Origin: Balanoglossus misakiensis
Lineage: Eukaryota; Animalia; Hemichordata
NCBI GenBank assembly: GCA_040954595.2
Contig: CM082582.2
Span: forward strand, 5,936,303 to 6,000,302
DNA: 64,000 nucleotides
Reading direction: 5' to 3'
A program made the position numbers and the translations under genes. The notes beneath the pieces are model-generated. The model did not search any database. It worked only from the letters and a program-made list of their open reading frames with translations, and had not been told where the DNA came from. Shown in pieces: positions 29,767 through 43,568 of the stretch (positions are counted from its first letter, which is position 1; each line of letters begins with the position of its first letter).

Positions 29767-30415
29767 ACTCAGAAGTATCTTCAAGTAACAATATTAACCA
29801 AATCGACCTGTAAACATAACAACAATCGTTAAGATTAATTAGACGGATGCATAATAAACGCACAAGGGAATTTCGCTCCGGACCTCTGACACGAGATTTG
29901 GCGCTAGCCGGCCGGGGTGCAGGCTACAGCCGGGGACGTGGGAGTTTCGCGCCAACACAGTGCCAAAGAAATATTTGTAAAAAATATATATGCGAGACAA
30001 AGAAACTTAAAATCACACTATTTTGACTTGGGAATATGTGTTCTATCGAATGCACACTTCAAAATGTACCATATGTCTCAAAATTACCAAGAAAACTAAA
30101 ATATCGAATACCAGGGCATTGTGTTGTAAACGAGAGCTGGCTAAGAAATCAATATGGCCAACAAAGAAGACCAGAGTTGCCCAACCTATTTCGACAGAAT
30201 TACTGATCAGAAACCAATGACATTCCTTCTCGGGGTGAGTGAACATTTCACCTGGCCACTGACAAACTTTGAAGCCAATAAACCCAGAAAAACTTGTGAA
30301 AACCCACCTTTTGCTCGACCGCCGATGTGTACGGGACTGCTCTAATCTTTGCTCGGCGCCAATCTCACACGCAGCTGCATTACGCATTCACACCTGTTTG
30401 AAAACAATTGGCGGG
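29154..30415. promoter_or_regulatory. Cluster of E2F-like sites around the 5' end of cyclin E
   Basis: TTTCGCGG 29154, TTTGGCGGG 29169, GGCGCGAA 29191, TTTGGCGC 29897, TTTCGCGCC 29945, TTGGCGGG 30408. Cyclin E is an established E2F target. Confidence 0.65.
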
Positions 30416-31085
30416 GAATTTCTTTTAAATGGCCGTAAAGTATATCAAATGGTGTCAATTTTTTATTTAATTTGTTTTCTTATTAAACCTTTATTAGAGG
30501 GAAAAATCGTTAATTAAATATCAAGAAGAATATGGACTATATCAAGATAATTTCTGGGTGAAGCCCTCGCTTGAGTTGAGGGGTCAGATATTTTACTGGG
30601 GTCAATGTCGGCCAAATTTAAAAACCTTTACGAAAGTTGAAATGTGCAAACGCACTCATGATGTTACCGCAGTATAAGGCTTTTACAAGCAACTAAAAAA
30701 TTGCTTGTAGAACGAAATTTAAAAACTTTTCGGATATTCTTCGACACTTCCGTATTGACATGACGAGCTTTTGTGTGAGCGCAGTCGTCGATTGGCTTCT
30801 TAGGTGTCATATGACCAATGGTTGGTATGGTAGCGCCAACTTTGAAGCGCGCCCCAAACCCAATCGCACCCGTAGTGGGCAGTTGCTTGGACGGGGAAAA
30901 GGTCTTTTCTAGTTACCGTGGACGGGGCTACTTTCACTAGCAAAAGTACACGTACTAATATTTCGGTGTTTTGCTGCACCATAGCACAGTACTGAGAGGG
31001 TTTGACCTACACTACAGACACACAATCACCGAAATTTAGGCCTGGTAGAGATAGGGTCTAGGCCTATAGAAAATCTACTAGGCCT

Positions 31086-31266
<181 letters not shown>

Positions 31267-32053
31267 GTGGTGGTGGTGGTGATGATATTAATACTTTGAT
31301 GTTTAGGCCTAGTGGCTATATTTGTTGATCCGCATAGGATGCAACCATGACACGAAATGGGCCAAATTTAATAGTCTAATCCAATCGGTAGGCCTACAGT
31401 AGGGCCTAAGCTGAGCATAAGCTTACGAAACTGGGTCACTTGTACCCCAGTGAAATTAACACGAAAGTGAAAAGAACATGAGCACGCGATGAGAAATGAA
31501 TATTCAAAAGGGAGGAGGTGCATTTCTCGATGTCTATTTCTAATAAAACGAAACAGACATTTAGGAAACGGAAGGGTTTTCGTTAATGTAACTTGACCAG
31601 TGAGTGTTGTATTAAAATGCATGAGACAATTTTATTGGCCGATTCTCTTCTTCAATGATCATAAATCATATAAAATAACAGAATCTATTTTAAGCAGTCA
31701 TTTTATGATTTCCGGTTTCAAAAATGGGATTGTGATTTCCATATTGTGGATATTTAGACGCCGGATACGTCGTTTAGAATATGTTTTCCTTTAACATCGA
31801 TGTCTGTCGCCTTCGAGTCAGTTTCATTCAGACTATGAAAATTATTATCAACTTCCAGCAGATGCTGTTGGCCAGTTGTTTCCGCTTTTCCTGAATAAGC
31901 TTACTTTCAGAACATATTTCGAAATATACTAGTACCTTCTGAAGACCAATCACTGAGTGTAAGGATGAAGCCCTTGATTTTGACGGAATCATTTTTCAGC
32001 ACTATGTTCAATTTTGACAGTTAGGGGAAAGTGGGATATTACTTAGAAGTGTG

Positions 32054-32271
32054 TACTGTAAAACACTTTATTTTCGCGAGCAATACATTTTCGCGAAATA
32101 CGCGAGAGCCAAAATAGCGTGAAAATAAAAAGTCGCGTAAATTTTTTTGAAGAACGATGCAGTGAATGAAATAAGAGAACGCGTAAATTAATACTCGCGA
32201 AACAGTGGCCTCTCTCGATATCGCGAAAATTTTAAGGCTTTTAACTCGCGAAAATAAAGTGTTTTACTGTA
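32054..32271. mobile_element. MITE with ~27-bp terminal inverted repeats and TA ends
   Basis: 5' TACTGTAAAACACTTTATTTTCGCGAG and 3' CTCGCGAAAATAAAGTGTTTTACTGTA (one mismatch); interior rich in TCGCGA/CGCG subrepeats. Confidence 0.85.
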
Positions 32272-33100
32272 TATACGTTGTTATCCTGTCCCACCACGGG
32301 ACATATAATCCGTCTTCCTTTAAGTCTGGGTGGCGAGGGATTGATCAATCAGCATAATTCGTATGCACCGCATTCCATCGTTTACAAGGTGTTGAAAAAG
32401 GGAGAAGACAAATAGGGCCTACCCCAGAGTAAGAAGATAAGAAACGATGAATGTTTATATATAAAAAGAAGCCAACCGCTGTTGCTTTGAAACAATGGTA
32501 AAGAAGAAGAAAACAATTGCAGAACCCTGAAACGACAAAGAAGGCCAATTCTCACCCTACAGGACCCCTAATAGTGTTACTTTCGGCCTTTCATCCATAA
32601 AGAGGTATCCTGTCGTTCAGGCGCCCGTCATGCTAATTGTCAAGGTAACTCATGCAGTCAAACCAACGATCTTAATTGCTGTCATATGGACGGTGACGCA
32701 ACACTCTTCGGAATAACAATATCATCTAAAAAATATTAATTGCAAAAACTCAAAAGACATCACGATCGAGTGTGGGTCAAATAAATTAACGACAGTGTAG
32801 GCTACAGGACAAATATCGCATCTTGAAACCTTTGATAGTGCACGCTCCGTCAACTTTTTAAAAAGTTATACAATTTAATGCATGTATGACAGTCAATCGA
32901 CAACATGCTGAGCATATACGGAAAGACTCACACCTTGGTAAGAAAAGTTTATAAATATCGTCTTCAGATGTCGGTCCCATTTCGATCTCTGTCACATCAT
33001 CGTGGCATCATACTAGTAAAGTCAGCTATGGGATGATGACCGAAAAGTTGCAGCAATATTTGAGTTTTCCCATTAAATGCTTCATTTTTCAAAGCTGTCT

Positions 33101-33972
33101 TGGGATCTCTAGGCTACTATAACTGAATATTTTCCTGGTTCTTTGTCAATTCAAAGGAGTGAGACGGGGAAATAACCCTTTCATAGTCTCCTCCCAGGAG
33201 TTTTAGAACTGTTCTACCTGAACGATTTGTACTGATTAAATTACATTAAACCAAATTAGACTAAATTAAATTAATGTTAAAAGTTTTTCGTGACAATAAA
33301 AGTTGAATATCGAAACTTTGGGATCTCTAGGCTACTATAACTGAATATTTTCCTGGTTCTTTGTCAATTCAAAGGAGTGAGACGGGGAAATAACCCTTTC
33401 ATAGTCTCCTCCCAGGAGTTTTAGAACTGTTCTACCTGAACGATTTGTACTGATTAAATTACATTAAACCAAATTAGACTAAATTAAATTAATGTTAAAA
33501 GTTTTTCGTGACAATAAAAGTTGAATATCGAAACTTTGGGATCTCTAGGCTACTATAACTGAATATTTTCCTGGTTCTTTGTCAATTCAAAGGAGTGAGA
33601 CGGGGAAATAACCCTTTCATAGTCTCCTCCCAGGAGTTTTAGAACTGTTCTACCTGAACGATTTGTACTGATTAAATTACATTAAACCAAATTAGACTAA
33701 ATTAAATTAATGTTAAAAGTTTTTCGTGACAATAAAAGTTGAATATCGAAACTTTGGGATCTCTAGGCTACTATAACTGAATATTTTCCTGGTTCTTTGT
33801 CAATTCAAAGGAGTGAGACGGGGAAATAACCCTTTCATAGTCTCCTCCCAGGAGTTTTAGAACTGTTCTAACTGAAAGATTTGTACTGATTAAATTACAT
33901 TAAACCAAATTAGACTAAATTAAATTAATGTTAAAAGTTTTTCGTGACAATAAAAGTTGAGTAACGAAACTT
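33101..33972. repeat. Tandem array of 4 near-identical 218-bp units
   Basis: Unit start TGGGATCTCTAGGCTACTAT at 33101, 33319, 33537 and 33755; only the fourth copy shows a few substitutions. Confidence 0.95.
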
Positions 33973-34360
33973 TACAGGCCCAAATGTGAGCAGTCTATTC
34001 CACGAGTACAAGTTCCGACCAGAGTTTTGTGCGTCATCTTCCTGTACGCACATGCGCAGTGAATACATGGTTGAGCTGAATCAGCTGTTAGCCAGCTGCT
34101 GCTCGACTTCGAAGTTACGACTCCATCGATCGTACATGCATGTGTAGAGGGAAGTGCAATAAGACAGTCTGTCTATGGCTACACAGACCCTCCGTGACCA
34201 GATAAGTACATTTACCGGTATAATTAGGGCCAAGTTCTAGCAGACTGATCCAGAACGTCTGTGTCATAGACGTCTAAACGCGCACCATCCACCCACAGTC
34301 TTCTGCCTGTCTTCGTATCCTCAACAAGTGTCCGTACATTTTGGTTGGATGACTTCGATC

Positions 34361-34581
34361 ATGGCCCTTGAGAGCTTCGCGCAAATGTTTGGGCGAACCC
34401 ATTCGGTCATTGTTGGCATGATCCACGTCGGAGCCTTGCCAGGTAAAATAATAGTTAGTTTCCATGGCGATTTGACGATGTATGATAGATGCGCATTTGG
34501 GAATATACAAGGTCGCAAGTTAGGGATGCGCAGTCCAGGGAGTCCAGCCTAGGCACCCCCGCCCTCGCGACTCCCAGCATT

Positions 34582-34677
<96 letters not shown>

Positions 34678-36723
34678 CATCAATATGAATTAATTTGCAT
34701 GGAGAAGTTCGGCATACTTTGAAAAGAATATTCTGAGGATCAGATATTTGTAGATGATATAATATGTAATGTTTTTTTTTAAACAAAACCTGTAGGAACA
34801 CCCAAAAACACCCAGAAGATCTCAGAAATTATTGATGTTGCTTGTGAAGAAGCAGAAATCTACAAAAAAGCTGGAGTGGTAAGTTCTTTATATAAACATA
34901 ACTTTATGTGAAGTTATGTGTTATTTGCATATTTCAAAACTTTCATTAAGCAACTGACATCATGGGATAATTTACATAATTGTTTTAGTAACAGGGCATG
35001 AATGTTAGTTAATTATTAGTCTTGATTGTCAATAATTTATCACATACTGATACAGTTCATGTGTATTTTGTTTTTGTTAATTTTACTAGGATGGCATAAT
35101 TGTGGAAAATATGCACGATGTTCCGTATTTGCATACTGATGATGTTGGGCACGAAATCACTGCTTGTATGAGTGTCATATGCTCGCATGTGAAACGACTC
35201 TGTGGTCATATTCCGTGCGGTCTTCAGATCCTTTCAGGGGCTAATCAACATGCTTTAGCTGTGGCCCAGGCAGCAGGTAAGCCCTCAACCCACTCAACTA
35301 TGTACGACTTGTTCCTAAGTTTTGCCAATTGGTTTCTATCCAATTCAGTGAAGAGCATATAGAAGAAAAAACAACAAAACTATCATTTCATACAAAAATT
35401 TAAAAAATACAGTTGCAGATTTTCAATTATTAAAATTTGTTATTTTTGCATCATTTTCAGGGTTGCAGTTCATCAGGGCAGAAGGGTTCGTCTTCTCCCA
35501 CATTGCTGATGAGGGACTCATGAACTCCTGCGCTGGTCAGTTGTTACGATACCGCAAGAAAATTGGCGCTGATGACATCAAAATTTTCACAGACATCAAG
35601 AAGAAACACAGGTGATAAAATATGTGGTACTTTTTCCACTTCCAGGTTTTAGTTAGTAAAGTTTAAACCCCTTTTCCTTCACTGTACATGTAGATGGATC
35701 CAGTCATATTTGTGAAACAAAGTTCTCCAATTAACCTTAACTGTAGGATATCTTGCTGCAATTCAAATATTTTGGTTGTGAAGTGTCAGGAACTGATTTA
35801 AAAAGGTTGTCTACTCCTCAGGAAGCTAGTCTATAAATTAGACAATTTGGGTATTTTGTCAAAACTTCGTCTGTTGAAGTATAGTAATACTGGATGTAAC
35901 TTTGATAATGATTATCAAGATAAAATAAGCAAGCTAGAATGAATGTACTAGTAATTTTAGTCAAATTTTGCTGACAGGAAACCAAACAGCCGTTTACTTT
36001 TGCTTCTCTGTTTCAGTGCCCATGCAATAACAGCAGATGTGAATATTGTGGAGACGGCTAAAGCTGCCCAGTTTTTCATTTCTGATGGTGTCATCGTCAC
36101 TGGCACTGCCACCGGGGAAGCTACTGATATCCAAGAAATGAAAGGTACATGTATAGTAGTACTAAATGTTTTAAAGGGACATTAGCTGTAACTTTTGACT
36201 TTATTTCCCGAAACTGCAGTAGATACACAAAACGAAGACACAGAAAACAGAGAAAAGTTACAGCTTATGGAGCTTTAATAGGGATATTTAAATTAGTCAA
36301 AGTAAACTTAGCATGATCACTGTACCTTGTGTGTTTGTTGGCTTGCGTGTGTTTGTCAAATCATAGTGTGTATTAGTGATATTGGTGAGGTTTGTTATAA
36401 CGTGTGTACCACATGAAGTATACAGAACTTAGGTTAGGGTTGTCATTTCTGTAACTTACAACGATGTACGGTCCCTTTAAATTAACCATCATTAGTATTC
36501 ATGTTTTTGCATTATAGATGTACAGAAGGCAGTTGATATTCCGGTGCTGATCGGTTCCGGAGTGACCATGGACAACCTGGAACATTATCTATCTGCGAAC
36601 GCCTTGATCATAGGATCCCACTTCAAACACAAAGGCTCATGGGAAAACCGGGTGGACTTCTCAAGAGTGCAGAAGATGATGGAAAAGGTTAATGCCCTGA
36701 GAGAGCTGAGGCCAACACCCTGA
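34361..36723 (+). CDS. BtpA/SgcQ-family TIM-barrel protein (C. elegans F13E9.13-like)
   Basis: Exons 34361-34442 (alternative ATG 34349), 34796-34878, 35090-35276, 35461-35611, 36017-36144, 36518-36723. Motifs VGMIHVGALPGTP, DGIIVENMHDVPY, FIRAEGFVFSHIADEG, FTDIKKKHSAHA, DGVIVTGTATG, PVLIGSGVT, IIGSHFK are typical of the family. Confidence 0.93.
34582..34676. repeat. (AAC)n microsatellite, about 31 units, in intron 1 of the BtpA-like gene
   Basis: Direct reading. Confidence 0.97.
36171..36480. mobile_element. Non-autonomous DNA transposon, TTAA-flanked with AGGGAC termini (Kolobok-like)
   Basis: TTAAAGGGAC...GTCCCTTTAA fills most of intron 5 of the BtpA-like gene; superfamily is inferred. 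Confidence 0.6.
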
Positions 36724-38220
36724 CAGCAAAATCAGAAACGTGATGAACTTTGTCTTAATTCGAACACTCTTTCTCAAAGCCGAAGGAACACGAGGGATAT
36801 GGTCATATGGTTCCCTCCCATGATCCTCGGAAGTCACTTACCTGTAGAGGGCGCCCTTGGGACGGTGGGACAAGTACTTTTGTACATTGTACTACGAAGG
36901 GATAGCATATGTATATTAAACATTTCTCAATTTAGCAGTATATTTTTACAGGAAAAAAGGCCATTTGTACTCTTTATAATTGATTCTTCCCTCAATAAAT
37001 TAAAAAACAGACTTGCAGTCGTAGCTCCCTATTTTTAAATGTAATCTTGCAGATGAGAAAATTTGAGTTGCAAATCTTAGCCGAAATGTATGCTGAAGCA
37101 CAACCAACAGTGTAGACAAAAAACTGCAGAAGTTTGCATATATCAATGTATCTTCAAATTAGACACAGAATACATGCCTGAACGTGTACCTATGTCTAAA
37201 TTAAATTCAAAATGTCACGTGTTGTGGGTTCAAAATAGATTGATCTCATTGTTTGTACCTCAAATTGCTTTCTGAGGGCAAACGCTGCACTCGCAAGTGA
37301 TGAAGTGTGCATCGTTTGTTCGCTATTCATGCTCCCATATCAAGAACTGCCTCTTTATTTGGAAATAAATTTTGTTGATCCATGTGTCTGTATGCAGTGA
37401 CTATAAATACATATACACACACAAAGAGCTTCATACTTTCCAAAATAGCTTTTATTTTTATTAAGGTTCAAACAGGGTCTACAATTTGAAACCTAGACTG
37501 ACCATGCATCAAAAACACTCATACATTTTAAAATGTTAACATCCACACACAGACATAAAGAATTTTTTCCATACATTTCTTAGTCATTTTTTACCTTTTT
37601 TCCATTTTTCTTGCATAGTAAAAAACATACGTCGTTGAACTGATCTTACAGTTGATCTTATTTAGCTTAGAAGATGGAGAGCGAAGGAGATTGCTAAGCA
37701 GTTTCCATATAAGGTAAAATGATTTCCATATAAGGTATTACAGAAATGACGCATGAATTACAGAACACAGCAGCACAGAATATGACAAAGCAAATGATAA
37801 CATGAAATTCAGGTTGGAGTCAGAATGTTGAGAAGTCGCCAATGACTTATCAAACATTTGCAGCAAGTGCTTTGAGTACTGTAACGTTATTTAACTAAGT
37901 GAAGAGATGGTAAAAACTGTATGTTGTTACATTGGCTGTTTGATGTGATGTCAATAAATAGAGGTCTTGAGAGTTACGATATTAAAACTTGGGGTAAGAT
38001 CAATGTTTCTCACATCGTGCCAGACAGTATTGCTATTCTGAAATGGCTGAGATTACATAATGAGTCGAGGTAATCTTTGTTTCAATCAATGAATCTGACG
38101 TGAATGTCTTTTAATACTTGGTATGAAAATGCCCTTCATTGTAATTTTACAGTGGGGTTGCTACCCATCATTGGGTAGGATCTTTGGAGAAAGTCCTGAC
38201 CCGGTATTCACGCTCTGAGC

Positions 38221-38314
38221 TTAACCGTTTCACAACCATGGTTCAGTCCAAAACCACAGTTTTCTATGGTAAGGTTGGACCTCTAAAAGAGGGAACTGGG
38301 GGTGAAAGGGTTAA
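38221..38314. mobile_element. TTAA-CCCTTTCA MITE copy
   Basis: TTAACCGTTTCACAACCATGGTTCAGTCC...GGGGGTGAAAGGGTTAA. Confidence 0.8.
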
Positions 38315-39662
38315 AATGAATCCTGGCAAGCCAGCTTCCAGCGCTCTTGATGAGACGTATTGTTGACTTGACCGAGGGGGACTCCAAAGCTCGTTAATTG
38401 TAATACAATGATGAAATGTGTGACAAATAACCTCAAGGTCTACAAGGAATGTCCATCGGTTTCACAACATGGGGGGATGAACCGGTATGTGGCAAAATTA
38501 AATCACCACACAGGAATTCGGTACATGTTGTCCAGCATTGTCATCATTGTTTGGATGCAAAAATTGCACTGATTGACAACCACATACATGGAGAAATTTT
38601 GCTGGTTGTTCGAATTGGTTAAATATGTGACGTAATTTTGTTGGCTGTCCATAGTTATTGGACAGGTGATGTACTTGTAGGTGATCTACTGCAAAGTCAG
38701 CGATTTGCTGACAATGGTGGGACATGCAGTGTACCAATCAATATTGTAATATATTATTTGACCCAAACTGTGAAGCCGTACCCAATGCTTGACAACATTC
38801 TTATAAATTGTAAGACAATACACAAGTATTCTCAAAAGAAAGTAACAAGACAGGTGTACTTCCTGCAGTCTTTATACACAAGCTAATTAAAATGACAATT
38901 CCAATGTTTCAAGCATTGCAGTATAACTTTTAGGTTCTGTTCACCCAAATGCCATGACATTCTACACCAGCTAATTGTTTAACTCGAAAAAGAATATGTA
39001 TAGCCCAGTGTAGGTACATACGCTCATGCTATTGTCAGTAGAACAGTCCTATTTCAGAGAAAACTTCTGAGAGGTTATTGATACCTCGTATATACAGTAT
39101 AATACGTACTGTCTGGTTGACATAAACAAATACTGCTATGTTGTGAAATGTTTGTTTTGCAGGATATCAGGTCAAAGTATGGCGACTGAAAATGCAGTAA
39201 TTGCCTTTTTCTGACAAATGATAGCGGTTTGAAAGCTTCCAGATATCATGTGTCATGTGTCAATACAATTTCTGTGGTGATATTATTCCCATGAGAAATC
39301 AATCCAGGGAATGACAAAGAAATGCGATTGCAATACACATCAGTTGTGTAAGAATGTCATGCAAATGGATACGAACTGAGAACCCTTAGGCCTTAGTAGT
39401 GTATTTTTGGCCAATTGCAGGCAATTTGAACTTTGATGAGTGTGTTACTTATTTTCTAATTTAACTCAGTAAAGGTGTCTGCATAAGCTATAGGGCCACA
39501 CCACTCAATGAGATTCAACAGAAGATGAATGTTTGGCGAGTGGATGTTAAGATGACCCTTCTTATCAGCAGACTAAACCATTCTGACAGTTATTGGAAAG
39601 TACGCGAAGAGAAACTGACAAATTATACCAACAAAAATGTATGTATATAATTAGAATGTAAA

Positions 39663-39755
39663 TAACCCTTTCACCACTATAGTTTGGTCCAAACCTATTG
39701 TTTTCTACGGTAAAGTTGGACCTCTATAGAGGAAACTGGGGGTGAAAGGGTTTAA
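39663..39755. mobile_element. TTAA-CCCTTTCA MITE copy
   Basis: TAACCCTTTCACCACTATAGTTTGGTCCAAACC...GGGGGTGAAAGGGTTTAA. Confidence 0.8.
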
Positions 39756-42424
39756 GCAACATGTGATGATGTTCAGCTTGCCTGCAATCGCCAGTCAATG
39801 TGTTTATATACATGTACATTGAAATACTATTGTTGGTGGTTTAAACTCATTGTCTATGACATGTCAATTAAAACCCACCCTTTAATGATCCCCATGGGGT
39901 TTTAACACTTTTACCAAGATTTCTTCAGTGTACATGTCCAACATTGGGAACAGAAGTGTTAAACAAAACTGTGATGGTAAAAGAGTTAAAACCAAACCAT
40001 GGACCATGGTTGTGAAATTAAAACATTTCTCGACCTTAACATTTTGATTACAGTATAAAACGTTCTTCGTATCAGAACATTTTGATTACTTGACGTCCAG
40101 CTAGCAAGCGTGTCCTCCGCCAAACGATTCTGACATTTGGATTCAACGTTTCAGAATTAGTGAAATATTTATGCGAGTCAGCCCTGTGTCATTTACTCAT
40201 CACGTAATGCAGAAAAAATTGGGCAAGGAAAATGAAATGCTGGCATGGTCACAATGGCTTAGAGGACACGCTTTACTTGGCTGGTTTGGGTTTTTTGGTT
40301 CGTCCTGTTCAATCTTCCTTTACTGTACTTCAGTGATTTGTTTCACAGAACAGCTCACAGAATTACTGACGTATGTCGACTCTTTCTTGAGACAATATGA
40401 CATTTTCTTCTTCTTGTTCCGTAGTCGACATCACAAGGCTGCATATGAACCCTCCCCAATGTAAACCTGCATTGTCGCAATTATTTGGCACTTGTAAATA
40501 TTGTAATGGAATTCGTCCCATGGTCATCTGAACGCATACAACGGCATGATGATGAGGCAAAGTGGTAACACGACAAAGTGTGAACATTTGGAACCCTGAG
40601 TGAAAGTCAGATTAACGGATCATTGGCAATTCACCTGCAGATATAATAGTTCTTGTGTGTTGAAAAGAGACACCACTGTCAAATGATTCGGTGCCAAAGG
40701 CTTGTACCCATTTACATCCATGCTTTGGGGGGACACTAATCATCACTAACCCTGCATTCTCAACTAAGACACTCACGGCTTCAGAGCCACAAACTTCGGC
40801 CATGCTTTTTTGGACTCCAGCAACTGTCTAAGGTGGCTATTCTGTGACCTATTGTTTAGAACTTGTCATTAAATACAGAAACAACATCCAAATACAACTG
40901 AGTACTTCTTTTTGAGAGACTTCGTTGCAAAAACAAGTTTAAACCGAATTGTTTAGTTGCACCTATGGTTAAGCACTCATTTATTTTTGCTTGTGAGTTT
41001 TATACAGCCGGCAGTAAAATGTCATTTATGGAATTTTAACAAAACTTCTTCTAAGACAGTACAAAAACTGCCAAAAAATGGGCCAAGGATTGGCTTTTTA
41101 GTGTGTTTTTTTTTTTTTCAATGATGAACATTTTTGATACATGGCACTGTCTTTCTTACAATGTCATGAATATTTTCTGCACAGCCCTACTAAAATTAAT
41201 CCAGTATTCAAATATTAAAATTTTCACATTAATTAATATATTCATAATGTATGAAGATTTCTTAAAAGACAAACAAGTCAACCAACTGGTGAAAATTCAC
41301 TATATTTGGACAAACCACCGCTGCCTAGGCTAAGAATGACTATAGCATTACTAGTACAAAGCATTCCCAGTAATTTTGCAATATATTTTTTACATTTATA
41401 TTTTTGATTTTTTTTTCTATCTTTCTGTCGCTTGCATTGATTCCTGCATTATAAACATTAAAATAATTACTGACTTCTAAAATTAAACGGCAAACATAAC
41501 AACCCAACAACATGGTGTACAAATGGGTAGAAGCTGAAAGCACTCGGCCAAAGTCTACAACGTTACCAGTCAGAGAGATAAAAACATACCATACCAAATA
41601 TTTTAGTCTGAAAAGAGAAGCAAATGTTTGATATCTGGACAACAATCCATATTAAAACACATACATATTCACAATTTTTAAAAATGTACAGGATATTGAA
41701 CTATCAAACAATTTGTCCAACAGACTTCAGTGAAATTTGTTATTACACATATATATATAGTCTACAAGCACTGTTTATAAATTACATATTATGAATTTAA
41801 AAGTTGAAGTTCTGCGACTAGCGCATAATGTACAAGTCCACAGGCGTCACTTTCCCGCTTACATCGTGATCTAGAATCGGTATCAGTTGGAGTTTGGTAG
41901 TCATGGAAACGACAATTGCCACTGATTTGGTTCGAGAAATGGGCGACGGCCGAGAATATTTGTCACTTTCGTCGCCATAGCAATTTCTCAACCATTTCAC
42001 CTCGTATAAAAGAATATTTATCTTGAATGTACTCTTCTTAAAAATACAGGTGTCACCTGAATGTTGAAAACCAGGTTTTAGAATTAAAAAGGGGACCCTT
42101 TTTCATATACAGTTTAAAAACACTGAAATGCTCATAACAGCTTAATGCCATGTTGTATGTAGTATCATTCATTCAATGAGGTAATGTTGGACATCGAAGA
42201 AAAAATGACTCATTGCACCACACGCATTCACACATACACACACACACGCTGGTTTAATGATCTTACTGATACTGTAGTGACACGTTCATTAAAAATTATT
42301 TCAGCAATGTTGGGTCCTCAATATCTCTTGAAATGCTTATATCCAGGGCGATTGGATGAAGTTGTGGCAATTACGGTTTCCATATTCCGGCGTGCGTGCA
42401 CACACTGTCGGTTCCTTTTAATAC

Positions 42425-43568
42425 TTAGCATCGGGTCTTGCAGACCTTCATGCACTGCTTGGTCATGAGGTCCTTCTTGCGCTGGCGCCGGCTGCAGTTC
42501 TGCCGGTGGTACACTTTGTTGCTGTGCTGGAGTTTCCCTTTGCTCATGCTCTTGTACCTGTCCTTCTGCTGGTGTTTCTGCGAGCGAACAAGCATCGCCT
42601 GCTGCTTCTCGATGGAGAGCTTGGCCGCCACTGCGGCCGCCCTCCTGGGGGGTCTTTGCGAGAGGGCGCCCTCGCTCGGTTGTCCCGTCGCCGATGACGA
42701 CGCACTCCCGGCGGAGACAATGTTTCGCTCAGAGTTCGCACTCACATTTTCCTCTTGGGGCGCCACTCCGTACACAGACATACTGGGATGTTCTATAAGC
42801 AGATCCTCCATCGGGTTGGGTTCCAGGTGGACGGGAGAGTGACCCCCTGCCGTGAAGCACGGCGGAGGGGTCACGAACCAGCTCTCCTCCGGAGCCACGT
42901 TTGGAAGGGGTACTGATTGGTCGCTGCTCTCCGCAGTGTCACCTGTCGCTTCCTCAGCTCCATGGGTGGAAACAGGTTTTTTCTCTGCGAAAAAAAAAGG
43001 GATCATTTTGCAAATTCATTGCATTGAACACTGTCAGATAACAGGAAACCATATGAGATACACACTTTAAAGGGAAAATTCAAGCCTGGCTGATTTTGTT
43101 AGTGCACGCTCACACCAATGCAGATTTAACCACTGTATTAAAATTCATACATAGACATGATTTTCAATAGGTGACACACGTGAAAAAAAGTGCGCCACCA
43201 CAAGGCCATTTGAACAATCAGACACGCCCTTTTGACTATATACATGTATTGGCATATATAAATTAGAGGTGACCGTATACCAAAAAGTCGAGACTACATG
43301 TACATCCCTGCCATTGGCTCAGAGAAGTTCAGAACACAGAGAAACGAAAACCAAGTTGGTGCATGCATGCATCTGATACAACATGTAATGATTTTGGTGT
43401 AGTTCCGGTTCATAATATGATTTTCACAGCAGAAAGGATAGTGATGAACTGACCTGCAATATCTACCAAAACCCATTCGTTATCGGCATCTTTAGTCTGC
43501 AGCTCACAGGTGATGTCGGGGACAGATTGATCGGCGCCGAAAATGTAGCTACTGATTCCACTAAACAT
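42425..43568 (-). CDS. TP53INP: TP53INP1/2 (DOR)-family protein
   Basis: Exon 43454-43568 MFSGISSYIFG...DADNEWVLVDIA (LIR motif W-x-x-V after acidic residues; Kozak ACCATG). Exon 42425-42984 has the DOR signature EESWFVTPPPCFTAGG...PMEDLLIEHPSMSVY and a basic C-terminus. Confidence 0.93.
43067..43236. repeat. Interspersed repeat fragment
   Basis: CACACGTGAA..AGTGCGCCACC...GACACG.CC shared with ~59940-60005; start TTAAAGGGAAAATTC...GCTGATTT resembles ~58665-58695. Confidence 0.5.

Noticed and set aside
33101-33972. CRISPR-like array
   Set aside because: Units are identical end to end with no unique spacers, and the context is eukaryotic.
34455-34801. Poly-Leu, poly-Asn and poly-Cys ORFs
   Set aside because: Translations of the intronic (AAC)n microsatellite.
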